Source: an uncultured Candidatus Woesearchaeota archaeon
GTDB taxonomy: Archaea > Nanobdellota > Nanobdellia > Woesearchaeales > UBA525
Assembly: GCA_963724455.1 (NCBI GenBank)
Contig: CAVRUV010000024.1
Coordinates: 19-64,018, forward strand
Direction: 5' to 3'
DNA length: 64,000 bases
Shown: in pieces, positions 39,032 to 49,022 of the stretch
Layout of the letters: each line of letters opens with the position of its first letter
Position numbering within the stretch: position 1 is the stretch's first letter
Program-made: the position numbers and the translations under genes
Notes under the pieces: generated by a model
The model's input: the letters and a program-made list of their open reading frames with translations, nothing else
Database searches by the model: none
What the model was told of the DNA's origin: nothing

Positions 39032-40840
39032 ATGGGGTTAAAGCAGTTAGTTATTCTCATAATATGTATTCTATGTATACTGCCAGTGCTATCATTTGCA
39101 GATGAATGTAGTTATAAATTTCCAGTAACAAGAACTGTTGCAAAAGAACATCTTATTTGTCAAGGAACTGTAATAGATGATGCATTAGAACTAAGAAATA
39201 TTCAGCAAATAAATCAAACTAATCCTTGTTGGTTGAGCTTTGAAATATACAATAAAGAACAATATGCTGTAAAAGCCACAATTAGATATTCTGTTTTAAT
39301 AACAAATTCATCAGGCACATCTACAAAAGAAGATGTATACTATGGGAATGTAATAGAGTCTCAGAAAGCTAAACGTTTGAATGTATATGAAGATACTGCA
39401 ACTAGTTGTGAACTTATCAATAACAGTGTAACGTTCATTTATCAAAGTTATCAGAATACATCATTATCTACTAAGAAAGAACCTGAAACTACGTTAGAAT
39501 GTATTCCTTGTAATTCTATAGAATGTTCTTCAAAATTATGTTATCAAGGATATTGTATACAGACTTGTCCAGATGGAATGGCATCTTGTAATGGGATTTG
39601 TGTTTCAGTAGGCACTATAAAACAAAATCAACCATATACTTGTGACTTCGAATGTAAAACACACATAGGTGATGGAAAGACTTGTGTCGATTGTAAGAGT
39701 AATCAAGATTGCAATACAGGATTGTGCAATACAGATACTGGAACGTGTACTGAATGTTTCAATGGAATTTGCAAATGTGATTATTTGGGACCTAACTATT
39801 CTCCTTGTAATAATAATCAAAGCTGTGTTGTACCATCTACAAAACAAAATGGTGTGGCAGCTTTGTGTCAAGAAGAGTGTATTTCAGATACAATGGAAAA
39901 TAATGTTTGCAAACCTTCGAATAAAGAAAAATTGATTTCTTGGGGAATAATAGCACTTATCTTTGTAGTCGTAGTACTTATAGTATATTTGTTGTATAAG
40001 AATAATAGTTTACAAAAAGAGATAAATAAAAAACAAAAAAAGAAAACAGAACTTGATAATACAATAAATGATATTGTTACAAACTTAACTCAAGTCGTTG
40101 CTTCAAGAACAAAAGAAAAAGAAGATAAAATTACTAGCGAATCAAACAAGAAAATAGAAAAAGCACTTGCACAAATGAAAGAAGTCAGTGCACAACATCA
40201 ACAAATTATAGAAGATAAAAAACAAGCAATAATTGAAAAAGAAGAAGCAGAGAATCTTGCAAAAGAAGCAAAAAAGAATCTAGATAATGAACGTAAAAAA
40301 TTAAAAAAACAAGAAGAAGACCTTATAGAACAAAGACAAGAAAATAAAAAACTTGAAATCGATATAAAAAATCAACAAACAGATATACAAAAATTACGCA
40401 CAGAATTAGAAGATGCTAATAGAGAATATCTTGATAAAAATAAAGAATATGTACAGGATTGTTTAGTTCCTAGACCTAGTCAGTATGCAAATGGACATCA
40501 AGTAATAAGAAACCCAAAATATTCATTTTATGATTGTTTCTATCATCCTGAAATAAAACGCTTTGAAGATTATCCTCCAAAACATTTAGTTCATAGATGG
40601 CGTGCTGAAAAATATCTGTGGGAAAAACACAGAGACTTCTATGAAAAAACCTACGGAGATATAGATTTTGAGAGTATGCAAGTACATCACATCGATGGAG
40701 ACAAATACAATAACTCTACTGAAAATCTTGCAATTATATCGAAAGAAGAACACAGATTGCTTCATAGAAAACATAAAATTTATGATTTGAAATCTGGACA
40801 ACTTGCATTAGAAGATGAAGGTATAGAATTACCTAATTAA
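39032..40840 (+). CDS. single-pass membrane protein: signal peptide, Cys-rich ectodomain, TM, long Lys/Glu coiled coil, C-terminal HNH nuclease domain
   Basis: Signal LVILIICILCILPVLSFA. About 30 Cys fall between aa ~155 and 290 (e.g. CVDCKSNQDCNTGLCNTDTGTCTEC). TM WGIIALIFVVVVLIVYLLY is followed by KNNSLQKEINKKQKKK (positive-inside). An EK-rich heptad-like region of about 140 aa follows. HNH: MQVHHIDGDKYNNSTENLAIISKEEHRLLH. Confidence 0.7.
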   Translation: MGLKQLVILIICILCILPVLSFADECSYKFPVTRTVAKEHLICQGTVIDDALELRNIQQINQTNPCWLSFEIYNKEQYAVKATIRYSVLITNSSGTSTKEDVYYGNVIESQKAKRLNVYEDTATSCELINNSVTFIYQSYQNTSLSTKKEPETTLECIPCNSIECSSKLCYQGYCIQTCPDGMASCNGICVSVGTIKQNQPYTCDFECKTHIGDGKTCVDCKSNQDCNTGLCNTDTGTCTECFNGICKCDYLGPNYSPCNNNQSCVVPSTKQNGVAALCQEECISDTMENNVCKPSNKEKLISWGIIALIFVVVVLIVYLLYKNNSLQKEINKKQKKKTELDNTINDIVTNLTQVVASRTKEKEDKITSESNKKIEKALAQMKEVSAQHQQIIEDKKQAIIEKEEAENLAKEAKKNLDNERKKLKKQEEDLIEQRQENKKLEIDIKNQQTDIQKLRTELEDANREYLDKNKEYVQDCLVPRPSQYANGHQVIRNPKYSFYDCFYHPEIKRFEDYPPKHLVHRWRAEKYLWEKHRDFYEKTYGDIDFESMQVHHIDGDKYNNSTENLAIISKEEHRLLHRKHKIYDLKSGQLALEDEGIELPN

Positions 40841-40864
40841 AATTAATTATGTGTTGAGATACTC

Positions 40865-41380
40865 ATGAATCAAAAAGAAAAACTCATAAGTATTATAGGA
40901 GATAATTCATTTAGAGAATTAGATTCTAAAATTCCTGTCAGAGTTATACAAGATATGTCCTTAAATTACTCTGATTATTGGTTAACAAAATCCGAACAAG
41001 AAATATTAGATTCTTATTCTGAATTAATAAATAACACACAACAATGGACAATTCCTAAACAAGTTGGGGGTATAATAATATTAACAAATTTTATGCATGA
41101 TTTATTGAAGAGAATTGTGAAAGAAAGAGAAACTGATACTAGTATAATTAAAGATGTAATGGATTTTGATTTGCATTTTCTTATTATATTTTGTTGTGCT
41201 AGATATGACATTCCTGATGAGTATTTTATAGCTATGATGGAATTGAAACAATTTAGAAATATGATATCTCACGATTTTAATTCTGTGATGGACACTAGCT
41301 TTCATGAGAGTATAACTGCCATATCTAAAGGAAGTTTATTAATGGTAGTATTGGTTCAAATTTTACGAAACGAACACTAA
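40865..41380 (+). CDS. hypothetical protein with an Rx4H motif (HEPN-like candidate RNase)
   Basis: 171 aa. ELKQFRNMISHDF matches the HEPN Rx4-6H signature in a helical context. It begins 24 nt after the HNH gene stop. Confidence 0.45.
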   Translation: MNQKEKLISIIGDNSFRELDSKIPVRVIQDMSLNYSDYWLTKSEQEILDSYSELINNTQQWTIPKQVGGIIILTNFMHDLLKRIVKERETDTSIIKDVMDFDLHFLIIFCCARYDIPDEYFIAMMELKQFRNMISHDFNSVMDTSFHESITAISKGSLLMVVLVQILRNEH

Positions 41381-41422
41381 AACACAAGCTTTTTCTTCTA
41401 GAACATATTTCTTTATGAATAT

Positions 41423-41866
41423 ATGGATAGACAAGGAAAAGAGAAAGAAGCCGGAATAATAATTACAATTATTTTAGTAGTTGCATTTGCAATAAAATTA
41501 GCACAATTCTTATTTCCAGTATTCATTATTTTAGGAATAATATGTTTAATGTTATTGATTGCATCTTTTGTTTGGTTTGAAGACGCATCAGTATACATCG
41601 CAATAGCATTAGGAATCTGTTTATTAGGTGGAACTATTTGCTGGGGGGTCGGATATGAGTTTGGTGAGAGTGCATTCGGAGTAGCGTTTACTACGTCAGC
41701 CGATGCTATTAATCAAGTGCGTGGTGTTGAGAAACAAGTAGCAATAACTATGTTGAATGAGACTCAAAAGATAAACAAAGACTTAAACCAAAATACTTCT
41801 CCAGACTCATCAAAAGCAATTGATACATCTATAGAATTAACTAAAGTAGCAATAAAAGTAAGTTAA
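41423..41866 (+). CDS. small membrane protein (3 TM) with a polar C-terminal tail
   Basis: Hydrophobic segments IIITIILVVAFAIKLAQFLFPVFIILGIICLMLLIASFVWF and VYIAIALGICLLGGTICWGVGY. Confidence 0.45.
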   Translation: MDRQGKEKEAGIIITIILVVAFAIKLAQFLFPVFIILGIICLMLLIASFVWFEDASVYIAIALGICLLGGTICWGVGYEFGESAFGVAFTTSADAINQVRGVEKQVAITMLNETQKINKDLNQNTSPDSSKAIDTSIELTKVAIKVS

Positions 41867-43048
41867 TTATTTAGTATTTATTTCTGAATATAGACTATTT
41901 TTTATATCTTCTAATTCTTGGCATAATTGTTTTTGTTCTTTTTTAAGCGATTTAACTGATTCAAGTTTATTTATTTGTGGTGTTAGTTCTATTTTTAATT
42001 CTTCAAGTGAGTTATACTTTATAGTGTAATTTTTTTTCATTTGTGCGAACCATACCGGCGCACTATATGAATATTCTGCTGAGCCATCAGTTAACAAATA
42101 CATTGATATTTCGCTTAGATATTCAGGTAGTAAATTTGGATCAGTTATTTTTATGTTGCATTTTTCTGATATGAGGTTGATAGTTTCTTTATCTGCAGCA
42201 TTAATTCCGGAAATGAAGAAATTATGTATTTTTGAATTATATATTTTTTTTAATTTTTTTAATAACTCTGGCTGTTCGATAAAATGTATTAAATGTTTAT
42301 TTTTAAGATTATTCCACTCTGATGTACTTTGATATCTTGAATAACTAGAGCATTGTGTCTGTAATTCAATTATTTCATCATATAATGGCGCATATATTTC
42401 TCTATTAAGTTGTTTTTTTTCTTTTTTTCTTTCAATTTTTGACATAACGATGTATGTTGCTAGTGCGCCAATTATTGCTGCAAAAAATGAACTTATTATT
42501 GATATCCATGTTTGCATTTGCGATTTCTGTGCCGACAAAATGTTCTGTGCCTCTGCCATTGATAACACATGAACAGTTTTTGTATATACTAATATGTGAC
42601 TATTATAATAATAAGATTTCACATTTATGTTGTTGAGTTCTGTAAAGTTAACAATAGTATACTGCACTTTCCACAGTCCTGGAACATCAAAGTTATAGTT
42701 TTGATTTGTAATGTATTCTTTACCTCTTGTATATGGTCCATCTGGTAATTTACTAACTCCATAGTTTTTCATCTCGCTATCAGGAGAAAATATGTAATAT
42801 ACAATCCAGTAAGAATCTGTTATATTTTCTTCAAAACTTGATTTTGTCGTGAAAACTATGGTGGCTTGTTCACCTTCTACTGGTAATAGTATTGATTCTG
42901 AAGTTTCTATATATGAGTTCAAATCTACGCGATTAACTAGTGGTATTTCTGATAAATTAACAACATTTGAACTATTATATTCTGTAGCAACAGCCATTTT
43001 AAGACAGATTATAGAGATACAAATAATCAATAATGTTTTTTTAAACAT
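41867..43048 (-). CDS. single-pass membrane protein (signal peptide, ~165-aa ectodomain, TM, ~190-aa cytoplasmic helical domain)
   Basis: Signal MFKKTLLIICISIICLKMAVA. TM WISIISSFFAAIIGALATYIVM is followed by SKIERKKEKKQ. No catalytic motif recognised. Confidence 0.45.
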   Translation of the reverse strand: MFKKTLLIICISIICLKMAVATEYNSSNVVNLSEIPLVNRVDLNSYIETSESILLPVEGEQATIVFTTKSSFEENITDSYWIVYYIFSPDSEMKNYGVSKLPDGPYTRGKEYITNQNYNFDVPGLWKVQYTIVNFTELNNINVKSYYYNSHILVYTKTVHVLSMAEAQNILSAQKSQMQTWISIISSFFAAIIGALATYIVMSKIERKKEKKQLNREIYAPLYDEIIELQTQCSSYSRYQSTSEWNNLKNKHLIHFIEQPELLKKLKKIYNSKIHNFFISGINAADKETINLISEKCNIKITDPNLLPEYLSEISMYLLTDGSAEYSYSAPVWFAQMKKNYTIKYNSLEELKIELTPQINKLESVKSLKKEQKQLCQELEDIKNSLYSEINTK

Positions 43049-43148
43049 TTTAGCCTCACATATCTAAATTTATGATGGTTTGTTTATGTTTCTATTTATT
43101 GATTTGTATCCTGATATTGTGTAACAACCTTAAAAGTCCTCCCTTTAT

Positions 43149-43343
43149 TTAACGACAATCAAACAATTCTTCAATATGTTTCTTCTTCAAGACCTTTGTA
43201 ATATTGTAAGCTTGTTGAAGAGAAGGATTGTATTTGTCTTGCTCAAGAGCGACGATGATCTGCCGCGTTACATCTACTTTTCTAGCCAGTTCTTCTTGAG
43301 TCATTCCTAGCTCTTTTCTAGCTTCAGCAATCGATGTTTTCAT
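43149..43343 (-). CDS. XRE-family HTH transcriptional regulator (64 aa)
   Basis: [52 protein letters not shown] is a canonical Cro/C1 HTH. The short start at 43343 is preferred because the long ORF version overlaps the divergent gene at 43449. Confidence 0.75.
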   Translation of the reverse strand: MKTSIAEARKELGMTQEELARKVDVTRQIIVALEQDKYNPSLQQAYNITKVLKKKHIEELFDCR

Positions 43344-43448
43344 GCAGTGCGCGCCAAATATATGTTTGATATAATTTTTGCAATAAGACCGCCGACTCCA
43401 TTTTTCTACAGTAATCTTTATCAATGCAATATTTGATGATAGGTAGTT

Positions 43449-44384
43449 ATGGGTATCTTCGATCATCTTTTTGGAACTAAGAAGAGCATTGCGCATGAAC
43501 TCTTAGAAAAGACCAAAAATCCGCAAGCGATATGGAAAGAACTAGAAAATATGATTTTGGCTTTTAAGGGTCGTTCATATGTATCATTATGTTATTCTGA
43601 AGTGGATCGTACGGTGGCAAATTTTTCAAGAGCAGAAAACTTGTTGAATGACATGGAGACCCAGTTATTAGAGCAGATAGTTGATGTGGATGAAGAGGTT
43701 GCAATCGAAGAAGAGGTATCTGTAGAGTTAACCGATTTTATTAAATTGTCTCATTATAAACGTGATGAAAAACTTTGGGATATTGTAGAAACCGAAAAAC
43801 ATTTTTTAATGTTATTTAAATCAATAAAATATATTTGCAGACAAATGATTGATGTTATTAGATTGATACGTCAAGATGAAAGTAATCGTAGGGCGAATAT
43901 TATTGCACTTTTTGAATATATAAAAAAATTAGAGGAATTATATATTCCATTGACTGAACATCTGCATTCAAATCCTGAAAATTATAAAGAAATAATTAGA
44001 GTGGCAACAGCAGTACTACGTCAAGAAGAGATAAAAGAACGCTTTAAGAAGAAAGAAAAAGCGGTAGAAGATAAATTTGTCACAAAAATGGTAACACAAA
44101 TGTCTGGTTTATACGAATCGCACCGTAGTCATCGTAAACTTGCAGAGAGTATTTTTCTACAACTTATTGATGATACCGGATTTCCTTCCACAGATTCTGA
44201 AGAGCTTCTCAAACATGTTGATAGGATGGAAAAGCTTTTAGATGAAAATGCACATATGTATGCCCTTGTAAAACGTTTACGGCCACGTTACGATGACGAA
44301 AAAATCAGAATTGTCATTGAAGCATTTAGAATTGCGTATGCAGAAGGTAATTTTGATAATCTTGGGTCTGCATTTGCGACGTAA
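43449..44384 (+). CDS. hypothetical all-helical protein, divergent from the XRE gene
   Basis: 311-aa ORF. No motif recognised. Confidence 0.4.
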   Translation: MGIFDHLFGTKKSIAHELLEKTKNPQAIWKELENMILAFKGRSYVSLCYSEVDRTVANFSRAENLLNDMETQLLEQIVDVDEEVAIEEEVSVELTDFIKLSHYKRDEKLWDIVETEKHFLMLFKSIKYICRQMIDVIRLIRQDESNRRANIIALFEYIKKLEELYIPLTEHLHSNPENYKEIIRVATAVLRQEEIKERFKKKEKAVEDKFVTKMVTQMSGLYESHRSHRKLAESIFLQLIDDTGFPSTDSEELLKHVDRMEKLLDENAHMYALVKRLRPRYDDEKIRIVIEAFRIAYAEGNFDNLGSAFAT

Positions 44385-44450
44385 TATTTTTTAATTCTGT
44401 AAAACACTTTTAAACTTCAGATTATTATTTGTATGTATTGAGGTGTTTTC

Positions 44451-44873
44451 ATGGATCCTGTTGTACATTTTGAGTTTTCATATGATGATAGAAAGAGAAT
44501 ACAAAAATTCTATCAAAAAGCATTTGATTGGGAAACTATTGAGCTTGATGATAAAGGAAGATATGTTCTTGCGTCAAGCGCAAAAGGCGACGAGCATAAT
44601 TGGTCTAAAGAAGCAGGAAAAATCAATGGCGGTTTTTATCCAAGAAATAAAGATTCACAAATGCAATACCCATTAGTTATTATTTCAGTCAAAGACTTGA
44701 ACGCGTCCATGAAAAAAGTAGTTGCTGCTGGCGGAAAAGTCCTCGGTAAACCAATGGATATCAAAGGATTTGGATTGTACATATCAGTTTTTGATACTGA
44801 AGGCAATCGTGTCAGTATGATGCAGATGTATCCGGTAAAAAGTGTTGTGAAGAAGAGTGTTAAGAAGAAATAA
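44451..44873 (+). CDS. VOC/glyoxalase-family protein
   Basis: PVVHFEFSYDDRKRIQKFYQKAFDWE...GGFY...ISVKDLNASMKKVVAAGGKVLGKPMDIKGFGLYISVFDTEGNRVSMMQ is the typical glyoxalase-fold pattern. Confidence 0.65.
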   Translation: MDPVVHFEFSYDDRKRIQKFYQKAFDWETIELDDKGRYVLASSAKGDEHNWSKEAGKINGGFYPRNKDSQMQYPLVIISVKDLNASMKKVVAAGGKVLGKPMDIKGFGLYISVFDTEGNRVSMMQMYPVKSVVKKSVKKK

Positions 44874-44880
44874 TAGTTTT

Positions 44881-45585
44881 TTATTTCCTAACTCCTAGAT
44901 AAACTCCATCAATTACAGAAAGTGGAGTAAGAAGTAATCTATTTTCAACAAATACACCAACATGTTCTCGCTTCATGTAGTTCTCGTATGATGGAACAAT
45001 AAAAAACACATCTTGTTTAGCTTCGTCTTCTAGCATATTAAAAATAAATTCTGATTGTGTTGGCCAGGCCCAACAATATATTATATCTGCTGTAGCTATA
45101 GAAATAGGCAGTCGTGAATAAGAGTCTTCTACCATCGCGCCTGTTGGCATGTTGCCTTTTTGTTTTTCGTGCAATTCTCGAAACTTCATATATGATGTAT
45201 TGAAGCGTAGTGGTATCATGTCGCCGACAATCCAAGAGCATGGTGTAGCAGCATCAATAAATCCTGCAGCAATTCCTAGTTCGTAATTCTTTTGTGCGTG
45301 TTCAATTAAGAAAGGATTCAATTCTACACCGTATGATGCAAAGCCGGCTGCAGCTGCAATTAGCATCCACCCACCGTTGCCACATCCTAGATCTATAGAG
45401 ACCTTATCAAAATCAGCATGTTTCATTAATTCTAGTATTGAATCAGCGAGTATTTCTGGCGGTACTGCAACAAATCCGGTTTTAACGGATAGAGGGGATT
45501 CTATTTCCATGTTGGATTCAGCTAGAATCTTGACCATTCCATTTATTCTTTCTTCTACGCTTAGCATTATATGTGGTCTTTTCAA
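44881..45585 (-). CDS. class I SAM-dependent methyltransferase
   Basis: Motif I VSIDLGCGNGGWMLIAAAAG, then YGVELNP. Confidence 0.65.
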   Translation of the reverse strand: MKRPHIMLSVEERINGMVKILAESNMEIESPLSVKTGFVAVPPEILADSILELMKHADFDKVSIDLGCGNGGWMLIAAAAGFASYGVELNPFLIEHAQKNYELGIAAGFIDAATPCSWIVGDMIPLRFNTSYMKFRELHEKQKGNMPTGAMVEDSYSRLPISIATADIIYCWAWPTQSEFIFNMLEDEAKQDVFFIVPSYENYMKREHVGVFVENRLLLTPLSVIDGVYLGVRK

Positions 45586-45665
45586 GGCTATATGATGCTA
45601 TGTAATAAATAAATAACCACTTAATAGTAGTAATATTTATATACTAAGAAGCATCTCACGTGCAT

Positions 45666-46370
45666 ATGACAACTGTGCAGCAGGTTCATTATCCTGCAAC
45701 AAATGAAGGGCTACTAGGCATTATCGAAGGCTTAAAACCAACTAAAAACGATAACATCCTATCAATTTGCGGATCAGGAGATCAAGCATTTGCACTATTA
45801 GAATACGCACGCACCGTTCTAGCTGTTGATATATCTTTACCACAACTTGCGTATACAAGAAAACGCATGGAATATCTTAAGGAACGCAAGTTTGATGATT
45901 TTCTTTATCCTCCTGGGCATAAATCAGTTTTTGCAGATAAGAAAGAAAAGCACGATCTTATTGCAAGAGCGCAGTATTTTACACCAGAACGTTTAGAGCG
46001 CATTGCACAAAATCTAGATAGATTAACATTAACGGCAAAATGTATCTATGATCATGTTATTGAAAACGAAGAGCAGTTCACAAAAATATATCTTTCAAAC
46101 GCTCTTGAGCATATTGTCCGGTCAATTCCTGAATCATTGCATCTAGAATATCAAGCAGATGTATTGAATCAATTTGCAGAAGCTCTCAAATATGAAGGTA
46201 ATCTCTTCATTTCCGGTAGAGAAAATGGAGTGCAAGCCTTCTTAGAACAAAACCCCCAAGCAACACCAAAATTACGTATAGATCAAAACCGTACAATTGC
46301 AGCAAGAAAAACAATTCCATTCCATAGAGGAATACAGTTTGTTCCAACAATTTTCAGAAAAGCTGCTTGA
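45666..46370 (+). CDS. SAM-dependent methyltransferase-like protein (DUF3419/BtaA-like pattern)
   Basis: ILSICGSGDQAFALLEYARTVLAVDISLPQLAY. ATG 45666 is preferred over GTG 45660. Confidence 0.45.
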   Translation: MTTVQQVHYPATNEGLLGIIEGLKPTKNDNILSICGSGDQAFALLEYARTVLAVDISLPQLAYTRKRMEYLKERKFDDFLYPPGHKSVFADKKEKHDLIARAQYFTPERLERIAQNLDRLTLTAKCIYDHVIENEEQFTKIYLSNALEHIVRSIPESLHLEYQADVLNQFAEALKYEGNLFISGRENGVQAFLEQNPQATPKLRIDQNRTIAARKTIPFHRGIQFVPTIFRKAA

Positions 46371-46374
46371 TATC

Positions 46375-47493
46375 TTACTCTTTTTTCACAACAATATATT
46401 TTTCTCCCAAGTGATACAGTGCTAAAACAAACAGGCTCTCTGCCCAACCAAGAGGAGTATTTTCATTGTGTTCAGTGGTGTGGGAAAAATATAATTCTGG
46501 AACTTCACCACTATCAGTTACTGTAGATAACATCTGTTGAATGTAATGGTCGCGTTTTTGTTTATACTCGCGTTTTTTCTCTTCATCATATGGTAATTTA
46601 GACAATTCTTCATAGATGATTGCAAGCCAGCTTATTCCAAAGCACCATTCTGCTTCTTCGCTATATCCATCAGTATTCTTGTTGTAGTAATAATCATTCT
46701 TGAATCTGATGACGCCGTGTTCGCGAAGAAGATGGTATTCAACATTCTTTAGTATGGCATCGCGCTGCTCTGTTGTCACGATGTGATATGGCCAGATAAG
46801 TGATAGCTCTGCTAAATCCGCAAATTTTGTTGCACTCTCTCTAGGGAGCAGCTTTAGGATTGTTTCTTCTCCTTTAACAATAAGTTCATCCGGCACTTCA
46901 ATAAGAGGAATTCTTGTGACACTGCGTAAGCCTGCAACGCACGCTCCAACTGATGACGCATGAACTTCTTCATTCATTTCCCAAACGCCATTATCTTTGT
47001 CATGCCAGTACTCCACACTTTTCAAGTACCAAACCAGTTTTTGTACGAGCTCGCGTTCTTTATCTGTTTTGACGACAGAAACGCCATTAAACTCTAGTTC
47101 GCCAAGCAAGAATAGTATTGCGCCGATGCTGTCATTTTGTTTATTGCCCCAATCTTCCCAGAACTCATCGAATGTTTCAGGATGGAATCTTGCGTGAATA
47201 TACTCATATTTTTCTTGCGGTCTTTGAGCAATTGCAATATCTATTTTGTTCTCGTGCTTTTCGAATATTTTTAAGATTGCAGACATTGTTTTTGCAATAG
47301 TATCCCAGTCATCTATTGCTTGGAATGCTAAGCATTCGTAGAAATTATCGCGCAACCAGCTCTTGTTATATCCAGTTGGAGCATCTAGTCTGCTGGCTGC
47401 AAAGAGTCCTGATTTATACTGCAAGCTTTTCAGAATTTTTAAGTGCTGAACTATAACTTGCTGTGTATTTATCTTCTCCTTTTTGAAAAACAA
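46375..47493 (-). CDS. glycoside hydrolase family 15-like (glucoamylase/phosphorylase-kinase alpha-beta fold)
   Basis: SWLRDNFYECLAF, WGNKQNDSIGAILF, WEMNEEVHASSVGACVAGL and GWAESLFVLAL fit (alpha/alpha)6-barrel GH15 motifs. TTG start preceded by GAGGTGAGGAG. Confidence 0.65.
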   Translation of the reverse strand: MFFKKEKINTQQVIVQHLKILKSLQYKSGLFAASRLDAPTGYNKSWLRDNFYECLAFQAIDDWDTIAKTMSAILKIFEKHENKIDIAIAQRPQEKYEYIHARFHPETFDEFWEDWGNKQNDSIGAILFLLGELEFNGVSVVKTDKERELVQKLVWYLKSVEYWHDKDNGVWEMNEEVHASSVGACVAGLRSVTRIPLIEVPDELIVKGEETILKLLPRESATKFADLAELSLIWPYHIVTTEQRDAILKNVEYHLLREHGVIRFKNDYYYNKNTDGYSEEAEWCFGISWLAIIYEELSKLPYDEEKKREYKQKRDHYIQQMLSTVTDSGEVPELYFSHTTEHNENTPLGWAESLFVLALYHLGEKYIVVKKE

Positions 47494-47593
47494 CTCCTCA
47501 CCTCTTTTACAATATAGGTGCAGTCATTTATATATTCATTTGTATATTCATTTGTGTATCTTGTATGTCTATAGATGTTTAGTGATTATACGA

Positions 47594-47654
47594 CTTTAGA
47601 AATAAATCCGACTACTGCTTTAGAAATAAATCCGACTACGATTTAAGAAATAAA
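47594..47654. repeat. 24-bp tandem direct repeat, about 2.6 copies
   Basis: ctttagaaataaatccgactac occurs at 47594-47615 and 47618-47639, then a degenerate tttaagaaataaa. A separate 12-bp duplication (tatattcatttg x2) lies at ~47531-47554. Confidence 0.8.
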
Positions 47655-47746
47655 CGAGTTGTTTAGGTAACCTAGAATAATATCTGCAAAAGTAGTACTT
47701 ACAAAATCATCTACAAAACGATATCATCTATAAAATAAAATTATTT

Positions 47747-48889
47747 TTATTTTTTCTGTAATGCTTGCGCGTATTGTGTTGTTAGTGCAATTATGAGTTC
47801 TTGTTTTGCTTGAGGATCTTCTTGTACTATTGCTTCAATTTTTGTTTCCAATTCACCAAGCGAAGGAGTTACTGAATTCTCATAACCGAGTCTGAGGCTT
47901 TTTATGAGTGCTAAGCGTTCAGGTGGTAAAAGATGCTCTTTGAATACTGAGAGCAACACAGGTACTGGTGGAACGTTGTATTGTAAATGAGCATTTAGAT
48001 TGGCATCTAATTGTACTTCTGCAACTTTTTGTACTTCAGCCATTTCTGTGGCTAATTGCATTTTTTGTGTTTTAAGCTCCAAATCTGGTGCTAGCTTTGT
48101 CGGGATGCTGACGAATCGTCCCGGATTTAATAGACTCTGTGTACTATCAATACCGATTCGTGGTGGTAGAAGATACAATAGATTGAAATGCGGCTGCGCG
48201 TGGATGTTGAAATAGCCTGGTGTATCTAGTGCGTGTGTGTTTCCATATTTGTTGTTTTTTTTAGCGAGATACTCTAAGTATTTTTGAGCAAGCGGTAAGT
48301 TGCCGATTCTTGCAATGAAATGTTTATTTTTTCCTAGCGCCGATATGCTACTAATGCCTGAAGGATGTATGTCCTCTTCGTATAAGACGATACCGAATGG
48401 TTCTATTGGTATGATTCCAGATAAGATCTCATTCATAGAATACATAACGGTGTTGTTTTTCATTGGTTTGGACATGAATTCATTGAATTCTTCCGAAGCA
48501 ATTTTTCCTGCACCAATGTATTGTATTAACCCTCTATTTACTGCTGTAGTAATATCTTCAGGATCATTGAACGAACTGCACCCGTGCAGTATGACTATGA
48601 GTTGTTTTCTATCGCTTTTGCCTATTATTTCTCTGCTGGTTGTAGCATATCCTCTGGCATTTATCATGTCATTATCCGGAGCATCAATTTTTAGTTGTAT
48701 GAATTCTGGCATGGATGTTGCATGATGATTGTCTGCTTGAGCTAAGTCTAGTGCAGCACTAATATTAGAACTATAATATGCAGTATGTCCACCGTGGACT
48801 TTCAATCTTTCTTCCTCTTTTGGGTTATGCATTGTATCGACTATTGCGGTGATGGAACGGCTTTTATAAAGCTTTTCGTCTGTTATCAT
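47747..48889 (-). CDS. hypothetical protein
   Basis: 380-aa ORF. No motif recognised. Confidence 0.4.
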   Translation of the reverse strand: MITDEKLYKSRSITAIVDTMHNPKEEERLKVHGGHTAYYSSNISAALDLAQADNHHATSMPEFIQLKIDAPDNDMINARGYATTSREIIGKSDRKQLIVILHGCSSFNDPEDITTAVNRGLIQYIGAGKIASEEFNEFMSKPMKNNTVMYSMNEILSGIIPIEPFGIVLYEEDIHPSGISSISALGKNKHFIARIGNLPLAQKYLEYLAKKNNKYGNTHALDTPGYFNIHAQPHFNLLYLLPPRIGIDSTQSLLNPGRFVSIPTKLAPDLELKTQKMQLATEMAEVQKVAEVQLDANLNAHLQYNVPPVPVLLSVFKEHLLPPERLALIKSLRLGYENSVTPSLGELETKIEAIVQEDPQAKQELIIALTTQYAQALQKK

Positions 48890-49022
48890 CTACGAGTAGT
48901 TAATTAATATTCTAAGATCTGCAAGATTCTGTCCATTTTCTGTCTATTATATCATATTTTCTTTAACGAATTTTAGACGAGACTGCACAAACTATTTAAA
49001 TCAAGCATTGTCCGACGATACT

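Noticed and set aside
37839-44450. Looked for a direct repeat of the tRNA-His 3' end (…TTCGATTCCCGGTACCGACTCCA) that would delimit an integrated element.
   Set aside because: I found none by eye within the block, so the island interpretation rests only on context and composition. An exact-match computational search should still be run.
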